Of a stretch of 64,000 nucleotides of DNA, positions 18,463 to 26,937 are shown one piece after another. The position numbers were made by a program, and so were the translations under genes. The DNA is from Alphaproteobacteria bacterium (GTDB lineage Bacteria; Pseudomonadota; Alphaproteobacteria; Bin95). The DNA lies in assembly GCA_026710105.1 (NCBI GenBank), contig JAPORR010000152.1, forward strand, positions 1,196 to 65,195, in the 5' to 3' direction. Within the stretch, counting starts at the first letter, position 1; each line of letters starts with the position of its first letter. A model generated the notes under the pieces. The model did no database searches, had not been told where the DNA came from, and saw only the letters and a program-made list of their open reading frames with translations.

Positions 18463-19457
18463 CGCTGGGCGCGGCCCCCGAGCCGGATGCGCGGGTCTAG
18501 CAGGGCGAGGGCCAGATCCGACAGCAGCATACCGATGACGGTCAGCAGCGAGAGGAACATGAGGAACGAGCCGGCGAGGTACATGTCCTGGCTGCGCAGC
18601 GCGTCGATCAGCATGGGCCCCGTGGTCGGCAAGCTCATCACCATCGACACCACGGCCGACCCGGAGACGATCTGCGGCAGCATGTTGCCGATATCCGCGA
18701 TGAAGGGGTTGAGCGACATCCGCACCGGGTATTTCAGCAGGAGACGTAGATTGGGCAGCCCCTTGGCGCGGCCGGTCACGACATACTGCTTCTGCAACTC
18801 ATCCAGCAGGTTGGCACGGAGCCGGCGGATCATGCCGGCTGTGCCGGCCGTGCCGATCACCGTCACCGGCACGATCAGATGCTCCGCTATTGAAACCGCC
18901 TTCGCCCATGACATGGGCTGCTCGGCATATTGCGGATCCATCAGCCCGCCGATGGAAATTCCGAACTCGACCTGAAGGACATACATCAGCACCAGCGCCA
19001 GCAGAAAATTAGGTGTGGCGAGACCGAGAAAGCCGAGAAAGGTGAGCCCGTGATCGCCCCAGGAGTATTGATGCGTCGCGGAATAGAAGCCGATCGGGAA
19101 CGCCATCACCCAGATGAAAATGACCGTCGAGAAATTGAGCAGCAGCGAGAGCCACAGCCGATCTCCCACCACATCAGAGACCGGCAGGTCGTATTCGAAG
19201 GAATAGCCGAAATCGCCCTGGAGCATGCCGAGCACCCAGAAGCCGTATTGCTTCCAGAGCGGCTGGTCGAGACCGTATTGCTTGCGCAGAAACTCGATCT
19301 TGCCACTATCCGCTGCCTCGCCCTGAGACTGCAGCTCGGCGATATGAGTGGTGAGATAGTCGCCCGGCGGAAGCTGGATGATGACGAAGATGATGGCACT
19401 AACAACCACGAGGGTTGGAACCGCGATAAACAGGCGTCGGACGATATAGGCCAACAT
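18459..19457 (-). CDS. ABC transporter permease (peptide/opp-type, YejB-like)
   Basis: The real start is MLAYIVRRLFIAVPTLVVVSAIIFVIIQLPPGDY at ATG 19457. Contains the YVVTGRAKGL motif. The longer track ORF (to 19691) is an Arg/Ser-rich extension. Confidence 0.85.
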   Translation of the reverse strand: MLAYIVRRLFIAVPTLVVVSAIIFVIIQLPPGDYLTTHIAELQSQGEAADSGKIEFLRKQYGLDQPLWKQYGFWVLGMLQGDFGYSFEYDLPVSDVVGDRLWLSLLLNFSTVIFIWVMAFPIGFYSATHQYSWGDHGLTFLGFLGLATPNFLLALVLMYVLQVEFGISIGGLMDPQYAEQPMSWAKAVSIAEHLIVPVTVIGTAGTAGMIRRLRANLLDELQKQYVVTGRAKGLPNLRLLLKYPVRMSLNPFIADIGNMLPQIVSGSAVVSMVMSLPTTGPMLIDALRSQDMYLAGSFLMFLSLLTVIGMLLSDLALALLDPRIRLGGRAQR

Positions 19458-19476
19458 CCCTCGTCCTTTCCCGCTG

Positions 19477-21351
19477 TCAGTGCACCAGCCAGAACCGGTC
19501 AGGGCGGAACATGCCGAAATGCGCCCCCGGCTCCCAATTGTAATAGCCCTTTTCCGGCACGCCCTGGAGGCGCTCGGACACGACCACAGGCTGGCGGATA
19601 CCGCCGACGATACCGAGCACGAAGACTTCCTCGGCGTGGATTTCCAGCATCTCGCGCCATATGCGCTGGCGCTCCTGGGAGTCGCGGGCATGCCGCCATG
19701 ATTCGTTCAGCGCGAAAAGCCGCCGCGGCGCGTCCATATCGACCGGCTCGCCCGCCACGCCGCCGGTCTCGCGATACTGGCCCCATTTCGGCCATTGCAG
19801 TTGCTGCTGGCTGGTGGGAGCGAGCTCGGCAGGGCTCATCTCGGCCGATGCGAGGCCGTTTTCCCAGCCCGACCAGATCGACATCAGTGCCTGGCCGGAA
19901 AAGATACGGTTGCGCAGCAATTCGCGCTGGAGTGGCTTGGCATAGAGCGCAATACCGAGTTTCAGCCAGTTGTCGCGGACGAGTTGCAGGATATCCGTAT
20001 GTTCGGTGCTTTCGCCAGCCGTCTCGACGATCAGTTCTGCTGGGCGGCCGTCGGGCAGCAGGCGGAGCCCATCATCGCCCCATCTGAGGCCCGCCTCGTC
20101 GAGCAGCGCATTCGCTGCATCGGGATCGTAGCCTGACCAGCGTTGCCTGAGCGCCTCGTCATAGAGCGGGCTTCCTGGAAGCAGGCTATTATTGCCGGTC
20201 AGCGCGAGGCCGAAATAGATGACCTCATTGACCTCCTCCCGATAGAGGCCAAGCGACAGCGCCCGGCGCACCCGCCGGTCCCGGAACAGCGCCCGCCAGA
20301 CGGGGTCGGCGGCGTTAAGATTGGGATAAAGCGCCGCATGCGCGCCCTTGCCAGTGCGCCAGAGGCGAACTTTGTAACCGCCTGGCTCCTCACCGCGTTT
20401 CAGGAAAGTGACATTGTCGAATCTGAGATAGCGTGCCTGGAGGTCACTCGCGCCGGCCGCTGTCTTCGCCGGGATGAGGCCACTCGCGGCGATGTTCATC
20501 ACCACCCGGTCGATATAGGGGAGCTGGCGGCCGGCCCTGTCCATGCGGTGGTAATAGGGGTTGCGGACGAAAACGAAGCGGTCCGAGGGCGCCCGGGTGA
20601 CGGGAACCCAGGGCTGCAGGGTCGGCAGGTCCGGGTTGTCGTTTTTGTACTGGCTGTCGAGCTTGTTGTGTAGCGCCGCCCAGGAGCGCCGCCGCGCCTT
20701 TTCCACGGCCCGGGCCAGCGTCCTGCGTGGCGCATGGGCGGCGTGGAAGTGCTTCAGGTAATGTGCCGGCCGGTAGATATAGAGCGGCCGCGCACCGGCG
20801 AGCGCAGGGAGGAAGTCCGCATTCGGCGTTTCCCAGCTATAGCGAACCGTCGTTTCGTTCAGCACTTCGAAGACCGGCGGCTTGCCGTCCGCAAGCATGA
20901 CCGCTGGCGGCCCGGTCGGCGATAGCTCGGAATTGTTGGCGACATCCTCCCACCAGTAGCGAAAGTCCTCAGTGGTGAAGGGATGCCCGTTGGACCATTT
21001 GTGGCCCGGCCGCAAGTGGAGTGTGAAGATGCGGCTGTCCTGCACTTCCACGCGGTCCAGCAGGTCTGGTTCCAGCATCAGTTCCGGCGTGTAGCACAGC
21101 AGCCGCGCATAGCCGTACACCACCATCTGGCGCGTATCCTTGGCCTTGGCCATCAGCATGCGCAGTGCCCCGCCATGCTGGCCGGGTCCGGCTTTCCGGT
21201 CGAGATACGGCACGGCCGGCAGGCGCCGTTCGACCGGTGGCAGCGTCCCAGCGCGGACCTGCTCGGCCAGGGACGGCGTTTCGACCGGCGCGGCTAGAGA
21301 GGTACCCGCGAACAGGACGAGTGGGAGCAGGAGGGCAACCAACAGTCTCAT
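19477..21351 (-). CDS. ABC transporter substrate-binding protein, family 5 (YejA-like)
   Basis: Signal peptide [22 protein letters not shown] at ATG 21351, with an ATGA overlap onto the ATPase stop. About 620 aa, family-5 SBP-like. Confidence 0.85.
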   Translation of the reverse strand: MRLLVALLLPLVLFAGTSLAAPVETPSLAEQVRAGTLPPVERRLPAVPYLDRKAGPGQHGGALRMLMAKAKDTRQMVVYGYARLLCYTPELMLEPDLLDRVEVQDSRIFTLHLRPGHKWSNGHPFTTEDFRYWWEDVANNSELSPTGPPAVMLADGKPPVFEVLNETTVRYSWETPNADFLPALAGARPLYIYRPAHYLKHFHAAHAPRRTLARAVEKARRRSWAALHNKLDSQYKNDNPDLPTLQPWVPVTRAPSDRFVFVRNPYYHRMDRAGRQLPYIDRVVMNIAASGLIPAKTAAGASDLQARYLRFDNVTFLKRGEEPGGYKVRLWRTGKGAHAALYPNLNAADPVWRALFRDRRVRRALSLGLYREEVNEVIYFGLALTGNNSLLPGSPLYDEALRQRWSGYDPDAANALLDEAGLRWGDDGLRLLPDGRPAELIVETAGESTEHTDILQLVRDNWLKLGIALYAKPLQRELLRNRIFSGQALMSIWSGWENGLASAEMSPAELAPTSQQQLQWPKWGQYRETGGVAGEPVDMDAPRRLFALNESWRHARDSQERQRIWREMLEIHAEEVFVLGIVGGIRQPVVVSERLQGVPEKGYYNWEPGAHFGMFRPDRFWLVH

Positions 21352-23219
21352 ATAGCGCCCCCATCGGCATCCAGCCCGAGGCGGACGAAATGGCCGTCCT
21401 CGATCTGCCGGAACGCGCTCCCCGCACCAGCGGCAAGCCGGAAGGGGCCGGGCCACAGTTCCGGTTTCGAGGCCCGTTCGTCGGCAAGCGCCTCAAAATC
21501 CAGCGGATAATCGAGATCGGGCTCCGGCACCGCTGCCAGCAGGGCCCTGGTGTAGGGGTGGCGCGGATTGCGGAACAGCGCTTCGCACGGCGCAAGCTCT
21601 ACCAGCCTGCCGGCACACATCACGGCGATGCGGTCCGCCATGTAATCGACCACCGCAAGGTTGTGGGACACGAACAGATAGGTAAGGCCAAGCGCTTTCT
21701 GGAGGTCTTTCAGCAGGTTGAGAATCTGCGCCTGCACCGACACATCAAGCGCCGAGACGGGCTCATCGCAGAGCAACAGTTCCGGCTTGAGCGCCAGGGC
21801 GCGTGCAATGCCGAGACGCTGGCGCTGGCCGCCGGAAAAGCTGTGCGGATAGCGGTTGAGATAGCGCTCATCAAGGCCGACCAGGTGCATCAGTTCACGC
21901 ACGATTTCGCGGCGTTCCTCGGGCCCGGCCAGGCGATGCACAACCAGCGGCTCGGAGATGATATCGAACGCCGTCATGCGCGGATTGAGGGCGCTGAACG
22001 GGTCTTGGAACATATATTGGATGCGCCGGCGGTAGGCGAACAGGCTCTTCTGCGGTAGGCGCAGCAGGTCGACCGCAGCGCCGTTGTCGTCAAACAGCAC
22101 CTCGCCCCGGTCGGGTGTCAATGCGCGCATGATGATCTTGCTCAGCGTGCTCTTCCCGCAGCCGCTTTCCCCGACCAGTCCCAGACATTCGCCACGCTTG
22201 AGCCGGAAGCTCACATTGTCCACTGCCAGCACACCATCCTCGACCCCGCCGCCGAAGAGGCCGGCCTTGCGGCTGCCGTAACGTTTGGTAAGGCCGCGAA
22301 CTTCCAGCAGCGGGCGGTCCGCAGACGTCATCGGGCGGTCTTCCCCGGCGAGCAATCGTCCGGCTTCCGGGCGTGCCTCGCGGATCGGCGTCAGCCGTTC
22401 GCCTTCTGCCATGTGGAAGCGGGGCACAGCGCGCAACAGCGCCTTCAGATAGGGGTGCCCCGCATGCCGGAACACATCTTCGGCCGCACCGGCCTCGACG
22501 ATGCGCCCGCGATACATCACCACCAGCTCATCGGCCATATTGGCGACGACGCCAAGATCGTGGGTGATCATCAACACCGCCATGCCGAGTTCGCGCTGCA
22601 GGTCCTTGACCAGTTTCAGGATTTGCGCCTGCACGGTCACATCGAGAGCGGTGGTCGGCTCGTCGGCGATCAGCAGCGCCGGGCGGCAGATCAGCGCCAT
22701 GGCGATCATCGCCCGCTGGCGCAGGCCTCCCGACAGCTCGAAGGGATAGGTATCGAGCGCACGCTCCGGGTCCGGAAAATTGACCAGGCGCAGCATGGCC
22801 GCGGTCTCGGCACGCAACGGCCCTGCCGCCGCGCCTCTGTGCAGCCGGAGCGCTTCGGAGACCTGGTCGCCTATGGTGTGCAGCGGCGACAGCGAGGTCA
22901 TCGGTTCCTGAAAGACGATCGATACCGCGCCGCCGCGCAGACCGCGCATGTGGCGACCGTCCGGGTCGAGCGCGGCGATGTCTACTTCGGGCAAGCCTTC
23001 GCGCCGGAGGCGGATCGAACCCGAACGGATCGCGGCGACGCGCGGCAGAATACCCATGATCGCCTGTGCGGTCACCGACTTGCCCGACCCCGATTCTCCG
23101 ACCAGGGCCACAGTCCGGCCATGTGGGACGGAGAAGGATACCCCGTCCACGGCCCGAATCGCGCCGCCCGGGGTCTCGAAATCGATCACGAGATCGTCGA
23201 TGTCCAGGAGCGCGCTCAA
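21348..23219 (-). CDS. ABC transporter ATP-binding protein with two fused ABC cassettes (YejF-like)
   Basis: Two Walker A sites ([17 protein letters not shown]), two signatures ([16 protein letters not shown]) and two Walker B sites ([16 protein letters not shown]). I placed the start at TTG 23219 ([13 protein letters not shown]) after GAGGG. The track start 23318 remains possible. Confidence 0.85.
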   Translation of the reverse strand: MSALLDIDDLVIDFETPGGAIRAVDGVSFSVPHGRTVALVGESGSGKSVTAQAIMGILPRVAAIRSGSIRLRREGLPEVDIAALDPDGRHMRGLRGGAVSIVFQEPMTSLSPLHTIGDQVSEALRLHRGAAAGPLRAETAAMLRLVNFPDPERALDTYPFELSGGLRQRAMIAMALICRPALLIADEPTTALDVTVQAQILKLVKDLQRELGMAVLMITHDLGVVANMADELVVMYRGRIVEAGAAEDVFRHAGHPYLKALLRAVPRFHMAEGERLTPIREARPEAGRLLAGEDRPMTSADRPLLEVRGLTKRYGSRKAGLFGGGVEDGVLAVDNVSFRLKRGECLGLVGESGCGKSTLSKIIMRALTPDRGEVLFDDNGAAVDLLRLPQKSLFAYRRRIQYMFQDPFSALNPRMTAFDIISEPLVVHRLAGPEERREIVRELMHLVGLDERYLNRYPHSFSGGQRQRLGIARALALKPELLLCDEPVSALDVSVQAQILNLLKDLQKALGLTYLFVSHNLAVVDYMADRIAVMCAGRLVELAPCEALFRNPRHPYTRALLAAVPEPDLDYPLDFEALADERASKPELWPGPFRLAAGAGSAFRQIEDGHFVRLGLDADGGAI

Positions 23220-23247
23220 GACGCGACAACACCCTCGAAGCGGGCGC

Positions 23248-23793
23248 TCAACGCTCTGCCTCGGGATCGACCGGCCAGACGCCAAGCGCCTCCAAGTTAG
23301 CGAGCGTGGTCGGGTCAAGGGTCAATGCATTCTCTGCCGCCGCCCTGGCCGCCCGTGCCGCTACGAGATTAAAGCGGTCGAGATTGGAATCAATAGTGAT
23401 CGTCGTCCCGCCGCTCACCAGCTTCAATTGCATCCAGCCATGACCGCGTTCCTTGCGCGTCGAATAGAAGCGCAATGACAGCTTGTCGAGCGCCGCCCAG
23501 GAAACCGTGCGCCCGGCGGGGCCGAGAACTCTTATACTGATGGAACTCATCTGCACGGTCGAGCGGTGTTTCACCCAGGTCATCACCGCGAAGCCGCCGA
23601 ACAGCAGCGCCAGCAGGCCGAGTAGCCAATTACCAAAACTGCCGGGCGGCACCCATGGCATCGGCAGCAGCGCAATCGCCAATCCGATGGCAGCACGCAG
23701 ATAGTCCGGCCATAGCGAGCGGGCCGGATATGCCAGCGCTACGCCAGCGCCTGACACGTGTTTGAGGGGCTTTGCGTCTGCGCTACCGCACAC
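23248..23793 (-). CDS. hypothetical small membrane protein
   Basis: 181-aa ORF with two hydrophobic helices (AAIGLAIALLPMPWV, WLLGLLALLFGGFAVMTWV) and a soluble tail. Packed between the LolA-like gene (11-nt overlap) and the ABC ATPase. I recognise no family. Start uncertain. Confidence 0.5.
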   Translation of the reverse strand: MCGSADAKPLKHVSGAGVALAYPARSLWPDYLRAAIGLAIALLPMPWVPPGSFGNWLLGLLALLFGGFAVMTWVKHRSTVQMSSISIRVLGPAGRTVSWAALDKLSLRFYSTRKERGHGWMQLKLVSGGTTITIDSNLDRFNLVAARAARAAAENALTLDPTTLANLEALGVWPVDPEAER

Positions 23794-24604
23794 GTTTGAG
23801 TGCCGTGCGGGTAAAGTCGCTGAGCTCCAGGTCGGTCCCGAACTCGTAGTCGGACCAAGTCAGCACAGTGCTCTTGCCGGTAAGATGGTTCGTCATCGTC
23901 ACCGTGCGGCTCCGCCAGAAACGGTCGAGATATTGCTCATAACCCTCCGCGACCATCGTCTTGAGATGCGCGTCGCGCCGGTCGAAGAACTGGGTCTGCA
24001 TGATGCGCAGCTCCTCCCGGTCGAGCCAGACCAGCTGGCGCGTATATCCGGAATCCGCGCTGGTTGGAATGCGCTCCAGCACAGCGCATTGCAGTGCCCC
24101 GCAGGGCTCGTCGCGCAGAAGTCGATAGGTGTATTTCTCTACTTCGGGGGAGCCAAGGTCCTCATAGGAAAACTCGCTGCCCATGAAGGAGCCGGACTGG
24201 TTCGAGGAACTAATGCGTTTGACCCGCTTCAGGGCGGGCAGATAGAGCCACTGTTCGTCCGGGACATCCTTATGGGCATGGACCAGGAACGCCGTGCCCT
24301 TGACATCGCGCGGCCTGTCGAACACGAACAGGGAACGGTCGCCGTCATCCTCTACCTCGATGACCTTCAGGCGGACTTCACGCCGGCTTTCCTGTCCGCG
24401 CTTGTTGCGCAGCGTCATGGTCAGGTTTGCAATGAAATTGCCGAACCCCTTGTCCCGGTCGCGGGCCTCGATAGCAATCTTCAGGCCCGCTTCTTCCGGG
24501 CTATCTGCCGCGCGACCGTCTGCCGATACCGCTACCCAGGCGAAAACAGCAAGCAGGGCCGCAGGCAGAGCGGTTGTCGATCTCCGAAAAAAGAGGCGGA
24601 TCAA
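23783..24604 (-). CDS. outer-membrane lipoprotein-sorting (LolA-like) family protein
   Basis: 273 aa. Signal peptide, then GFGNFIANLTMTLRNKRGQESRREVRLKVIEVEDDGDRSLFVFDRPRDVKGTAFL...WLYLPALKRVKRISS...SFMGSEFSYEDL, characteristic of the LolA-like sorting-protein family. Confidence 0.7.
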   Translation of the reverse strand: MIRLFFRRSTTALPAALLAVFAWVAVSADGRAADSPEEAGLKIAIEARDRDKGFGNFIANLTMTLRNKRGQESRREVRLKVIEVEDDGDRSLFVFDRPRDVKGTAFLVHAHKDVPDEQWLYLPALKRVKRISSSNQSGSFMGSEFSYEDLGSPEVEKYTYRLLRDEPCGALQCAVLERIPTSADSGYTRQLVWLDREELRIMQTQFFDRRDAHLKTMVAEGYEQYLDRFWRSRTVTMTNHLTGKSTVLTWSDYEFGTDLELSDFTRTALKRVR

Positions 24605-24872
24605 CGTTTCCTCCTGTCGCGCCGAAAGGCTCTACGCGCATAAGATAGCACAGGAAGCACCGAAACCGGCCATGCGATCCGCCAGCGTTATGGACGAGGC
24701 TCTCCGCCATCATGGCCAAGCTCGATCCGGCCCAATAAAACATCCTGCATCACTCACCTCCAGGCACCCAATCACGTGCCAGGAAGTCTGAATCCAGAAC
24801 CAAACCGTCACCTATCTTCCAAAAGCGATTTCCCTGGGTCAAGGTGGAACGCTGGATGAAAGGGATCGGCTA

Positions 24873-25856
24873 TCAGAAAAACTGCGCCAGTACTCGGTCT
24901 GGCGGGCGGTGCCCGTCCACGAAGGCCTTGATGTTGACGAGCACCCGCTCGCCCATTTCCACCCGGCCTTCCAGAGTGGCTGAGCCCATATGCGGTAGCA
25001 GCACGACATTATCGAGCTCGCGCAGCTTCGGGTCGATGGCGGGCTCGCGCTCGAAGACATCAAGCGCAGCGCCGGCTAGTGTGCCGGCCAACAGCGCGTC
25101 CAGCAGCGCCAGTTCGTCGATCACCTCCCCGCGCGAGGTGTTGACGATATAGGCATGCGGCTTCATCAGTGCGAGTCGGCGCCGCGACAGCAGGTGGTAG
25201 GTCGCGGGCGTGTGTGGGCAGTTGATCGACACAATGTCCATGCGCGCAAGCATCTGGTCGAGGCTCTCCCAATAGGTCGCTTCGACCTCCGCCTCGATAT
25301 CGGGGTCCGTGCGCTGGCGGTTATGGTAGTGGACCGAGATGCCGAAGCCGCGCGCGCGCCGCGCTACCGCCGTCCCGATACGCCCCATGCCGACGATTCC
25401 GAGTCTCTTGCCGTAAATCCGGTGGCCCAGCAGCGCGGTTGGCGCCCAGCCCAGCCAGCCGCCAGTCCGCACCAGGCGCTCACCCTCGATAAGCCGCCGC
25501 GAGACCGAGAGGATGAGCGCCATGGTCATATCGGCCGTATCGCCTGTGAGCACGCCCGGCGTATTGGTGACGATGATCCCTCGTTTATGGGCAGCCGCAA
25601 GATCGATATGGTCCACGCCGGCACCGAAATTGGCCAACAATCTGAGCTGTGGGCCGGTAGCCTTCAGACATTCCGCGTCGATGCGGTCCGTCACGGTTGG
25701 CACCAGGACATCGGCTCGGCTCATGGCGTCGATCAGTTCGGCCCGGCCCATCGGCCGGTCGCTGTCGTTCAGTTCGGTGCGAAACAGTTCCATCATCCGC
25801 GTCTCCACCGCATCCGGGAGCTTGCGGGTAACAATGACAAGCGGTTTCGCTGACAC
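24873..25856 (-). CDS. D-2-hydroxyacid dehydrogenase (glyoxylate/hydroxypyruvate reductase-like)
   Basis: 327 aa. NAD site GIVGMGRIGTAVARRA and the catalytic region NTSRGEVID...PHMGSAT. Confidence 0.85.
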   Translation of the reverse strand: MSAKPLVIVTRKLPDAVETRMMELFRTELNDSDRPMGRAELIDAMSRADVLVPTVTDRIDAECLKATGPQLRLLANFGAGVDHIDLAAAHKRGIIVTNTPGVLTGDTADMTMALILSVSRRLIEGERLVRTGGWLGWAPTALLGHRIYGKRLGIVGMGRIGTAVARRARGFGISVHYHNRQRTDPDIEAEVEATYWESLDQMLARMDIVSINCPHTPATYHLLSRRRLALMKPHAYIVNTSRGEVIDELALLDALLAGTLAGAALDVFEREPAIDPKLRELDNVVLLPHMGSATLEGRVEMGERVLVNIKAFVDGHRPPDRVLAQFF

Positions 25857-25987
25857 GGACCGAGCACCTATGGCGTCTTCGCGCAGAACGGCAAGCGGCT
25901 GCAGCCGACAACAGAAGAGGCGGGAACGGTTCCGTCCATGGTCGAACGCTCTAGCAAGCCGCGCGAACGGAGTCCACTGCCGGACCG

Positions 25988-26110
25988 TCAGCTACAGCGG
26001 TCAAGGCGGTCGAGAAAGTCGCCATAAATGTGATTGAACGCCTCGGTGCGGCCCCAGTTGGGACAATGGGCGGTCCCCTTGATCACCGCCATCTCCGCGT
26101 TCCGTCTCGC
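25988..26110 (-). pseudogene. C-terminal relic of an alpha/beta hydrolase
   Basis: The tail of ORF 25988..26257 reads AEMAVIKGTAHCPNWGRTEAFNHIYGDFLDRL. This matches the usual alpha/beta-hydrolase C-terminus (I.GAGH..xxE.PE.FN..I..FL). Only about 145 nt are available before the enoyl-CoA hydratase stop, so it can only be a fragment. Confidence 0.35.
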
Positions 26111-26132
26111 TCGACTGTCCGGCGTGGTTGCA

Positions 26133-26918
26133 TCACACCTTTCTCCTGTTGCGCGCCACCGCTCGTTCGGCGAAGAAGGCGGCGGCAACGCGCTGTGGTT
26201 CGCCGTCCAGATAGGCAGCCTGTTGATAGCGCATCGCCGCCTGCACGGTCTCGTCATAATCCGCCTGGGTGCGCTCCCGCAGGCGTCGCTTGGTCAGCCG
26301 GACGGCGAGTGACGGCAGGGCGGCCAGCTCCCCGGCAAGCTGCATTGCCCGTGGCATCACATGTTCCGGCGCGACGATTTCATTGACCATGCCCCAGGCG
26401 AGGCAGGTCTCGGCATCCACCAACCGACCCGTTAGTGACAGCTCGACCGCGCGTGCATGGCCGACCACGCGCTCGATGATGAAAGGCCCGACTGTGCTCG
26501 GAATGCCGGCACGCACCTCCGGCTGGCCCATGCACACCTCCGCATGCGCGATGCGGATATCGGCATGCAGCGCGGTCTGTAGGCCGAAACCGGCGGCAAG
26601 GCCGTTCAGCGCCACGATGACCGGCTTCTCCAGCGCCCGCACGGATTGATAGAGTGCGCCCAGGTGCAGGAAATGTTCCTGCACGGTCGTCGCGTCGAAA
26701 CCGGCGGAATCGTTCAGATCTTGTCCCGCCGAGAAGGCGCGTCCACCCGCCCCGGTCAGCACGACGGCACGCACCGCGTCATCGGCATTGAGGCCGTCCA
26801 GTACTTGCGGCAGCAGATCCCGCATTTCGAGATTGAGCGCATTCAGTGCCTCTGGTCGGTTCAGCGTCACCACAGCAATGGCGCCATCGCGGCGCTCCAG
26901 AACGGGCGGCGGAGTCAT
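26133..26918 (-). CDS. enoyl-CoA hydratase/isomerase family protein
   Basis: The internal start MTPPPVLERRDGAIAVVTLNRPEALNALN at ATG 26918 lies 20 nt after the helicase stop. Crotonase motifs VVLTGAGGRAFSAGQDL and VIVALNGLAAGFG. Confidence 0.85.
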   Translation of the reverse strand: MTPPPVLERRDGAIAVVTLNRPEALNALNLEMRDLLPQVLDGLNADDAVRAVVLTGAGGRAFSAGQDLNDSAGFDATTVQEHFLHLGALYQSVRALEKPVIVALNGLAAGFGLQTALHADIRIAHAEVCMGQPEVRAGIPSTVGPFIIERVVGHARAVELSLTGRLVDAETCLAWGMVNEIVAPEHVMPRAMQLAGELAALPSLAVRLTKRRLRERTQADYDETVQAAMRYQQAAYLDGEPQRVAAAFFAERAVARNRRKV

Positions 26919-26937
26919 GGGTGGCGCTGTCCTTCCC

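Noticed and set aside
21165-23300. + strand ORFs 21165..22058 and 22413..23300 (about 295 aa each)
   Set aside because: Both are antisense to the double-cassette ABC ATPase, whose Walker and signature motifs are unambiguous on the minus strand.
24818-24839. 22-nt segment TCCAAAAGCGATTTCCCTGGGT resembling TCCAAAAGCGATTGCCTTGGGT at 55481-55502 (20/22 identical), possibly a shared IS end or repeat element
   Set aside because: The similarity does not extend on either side. A 20/22 match is roughly what chance allows once in a 64-kb two-strand self-comparison. I kept it only as a note; a genome-wide count of the motif would settle it.
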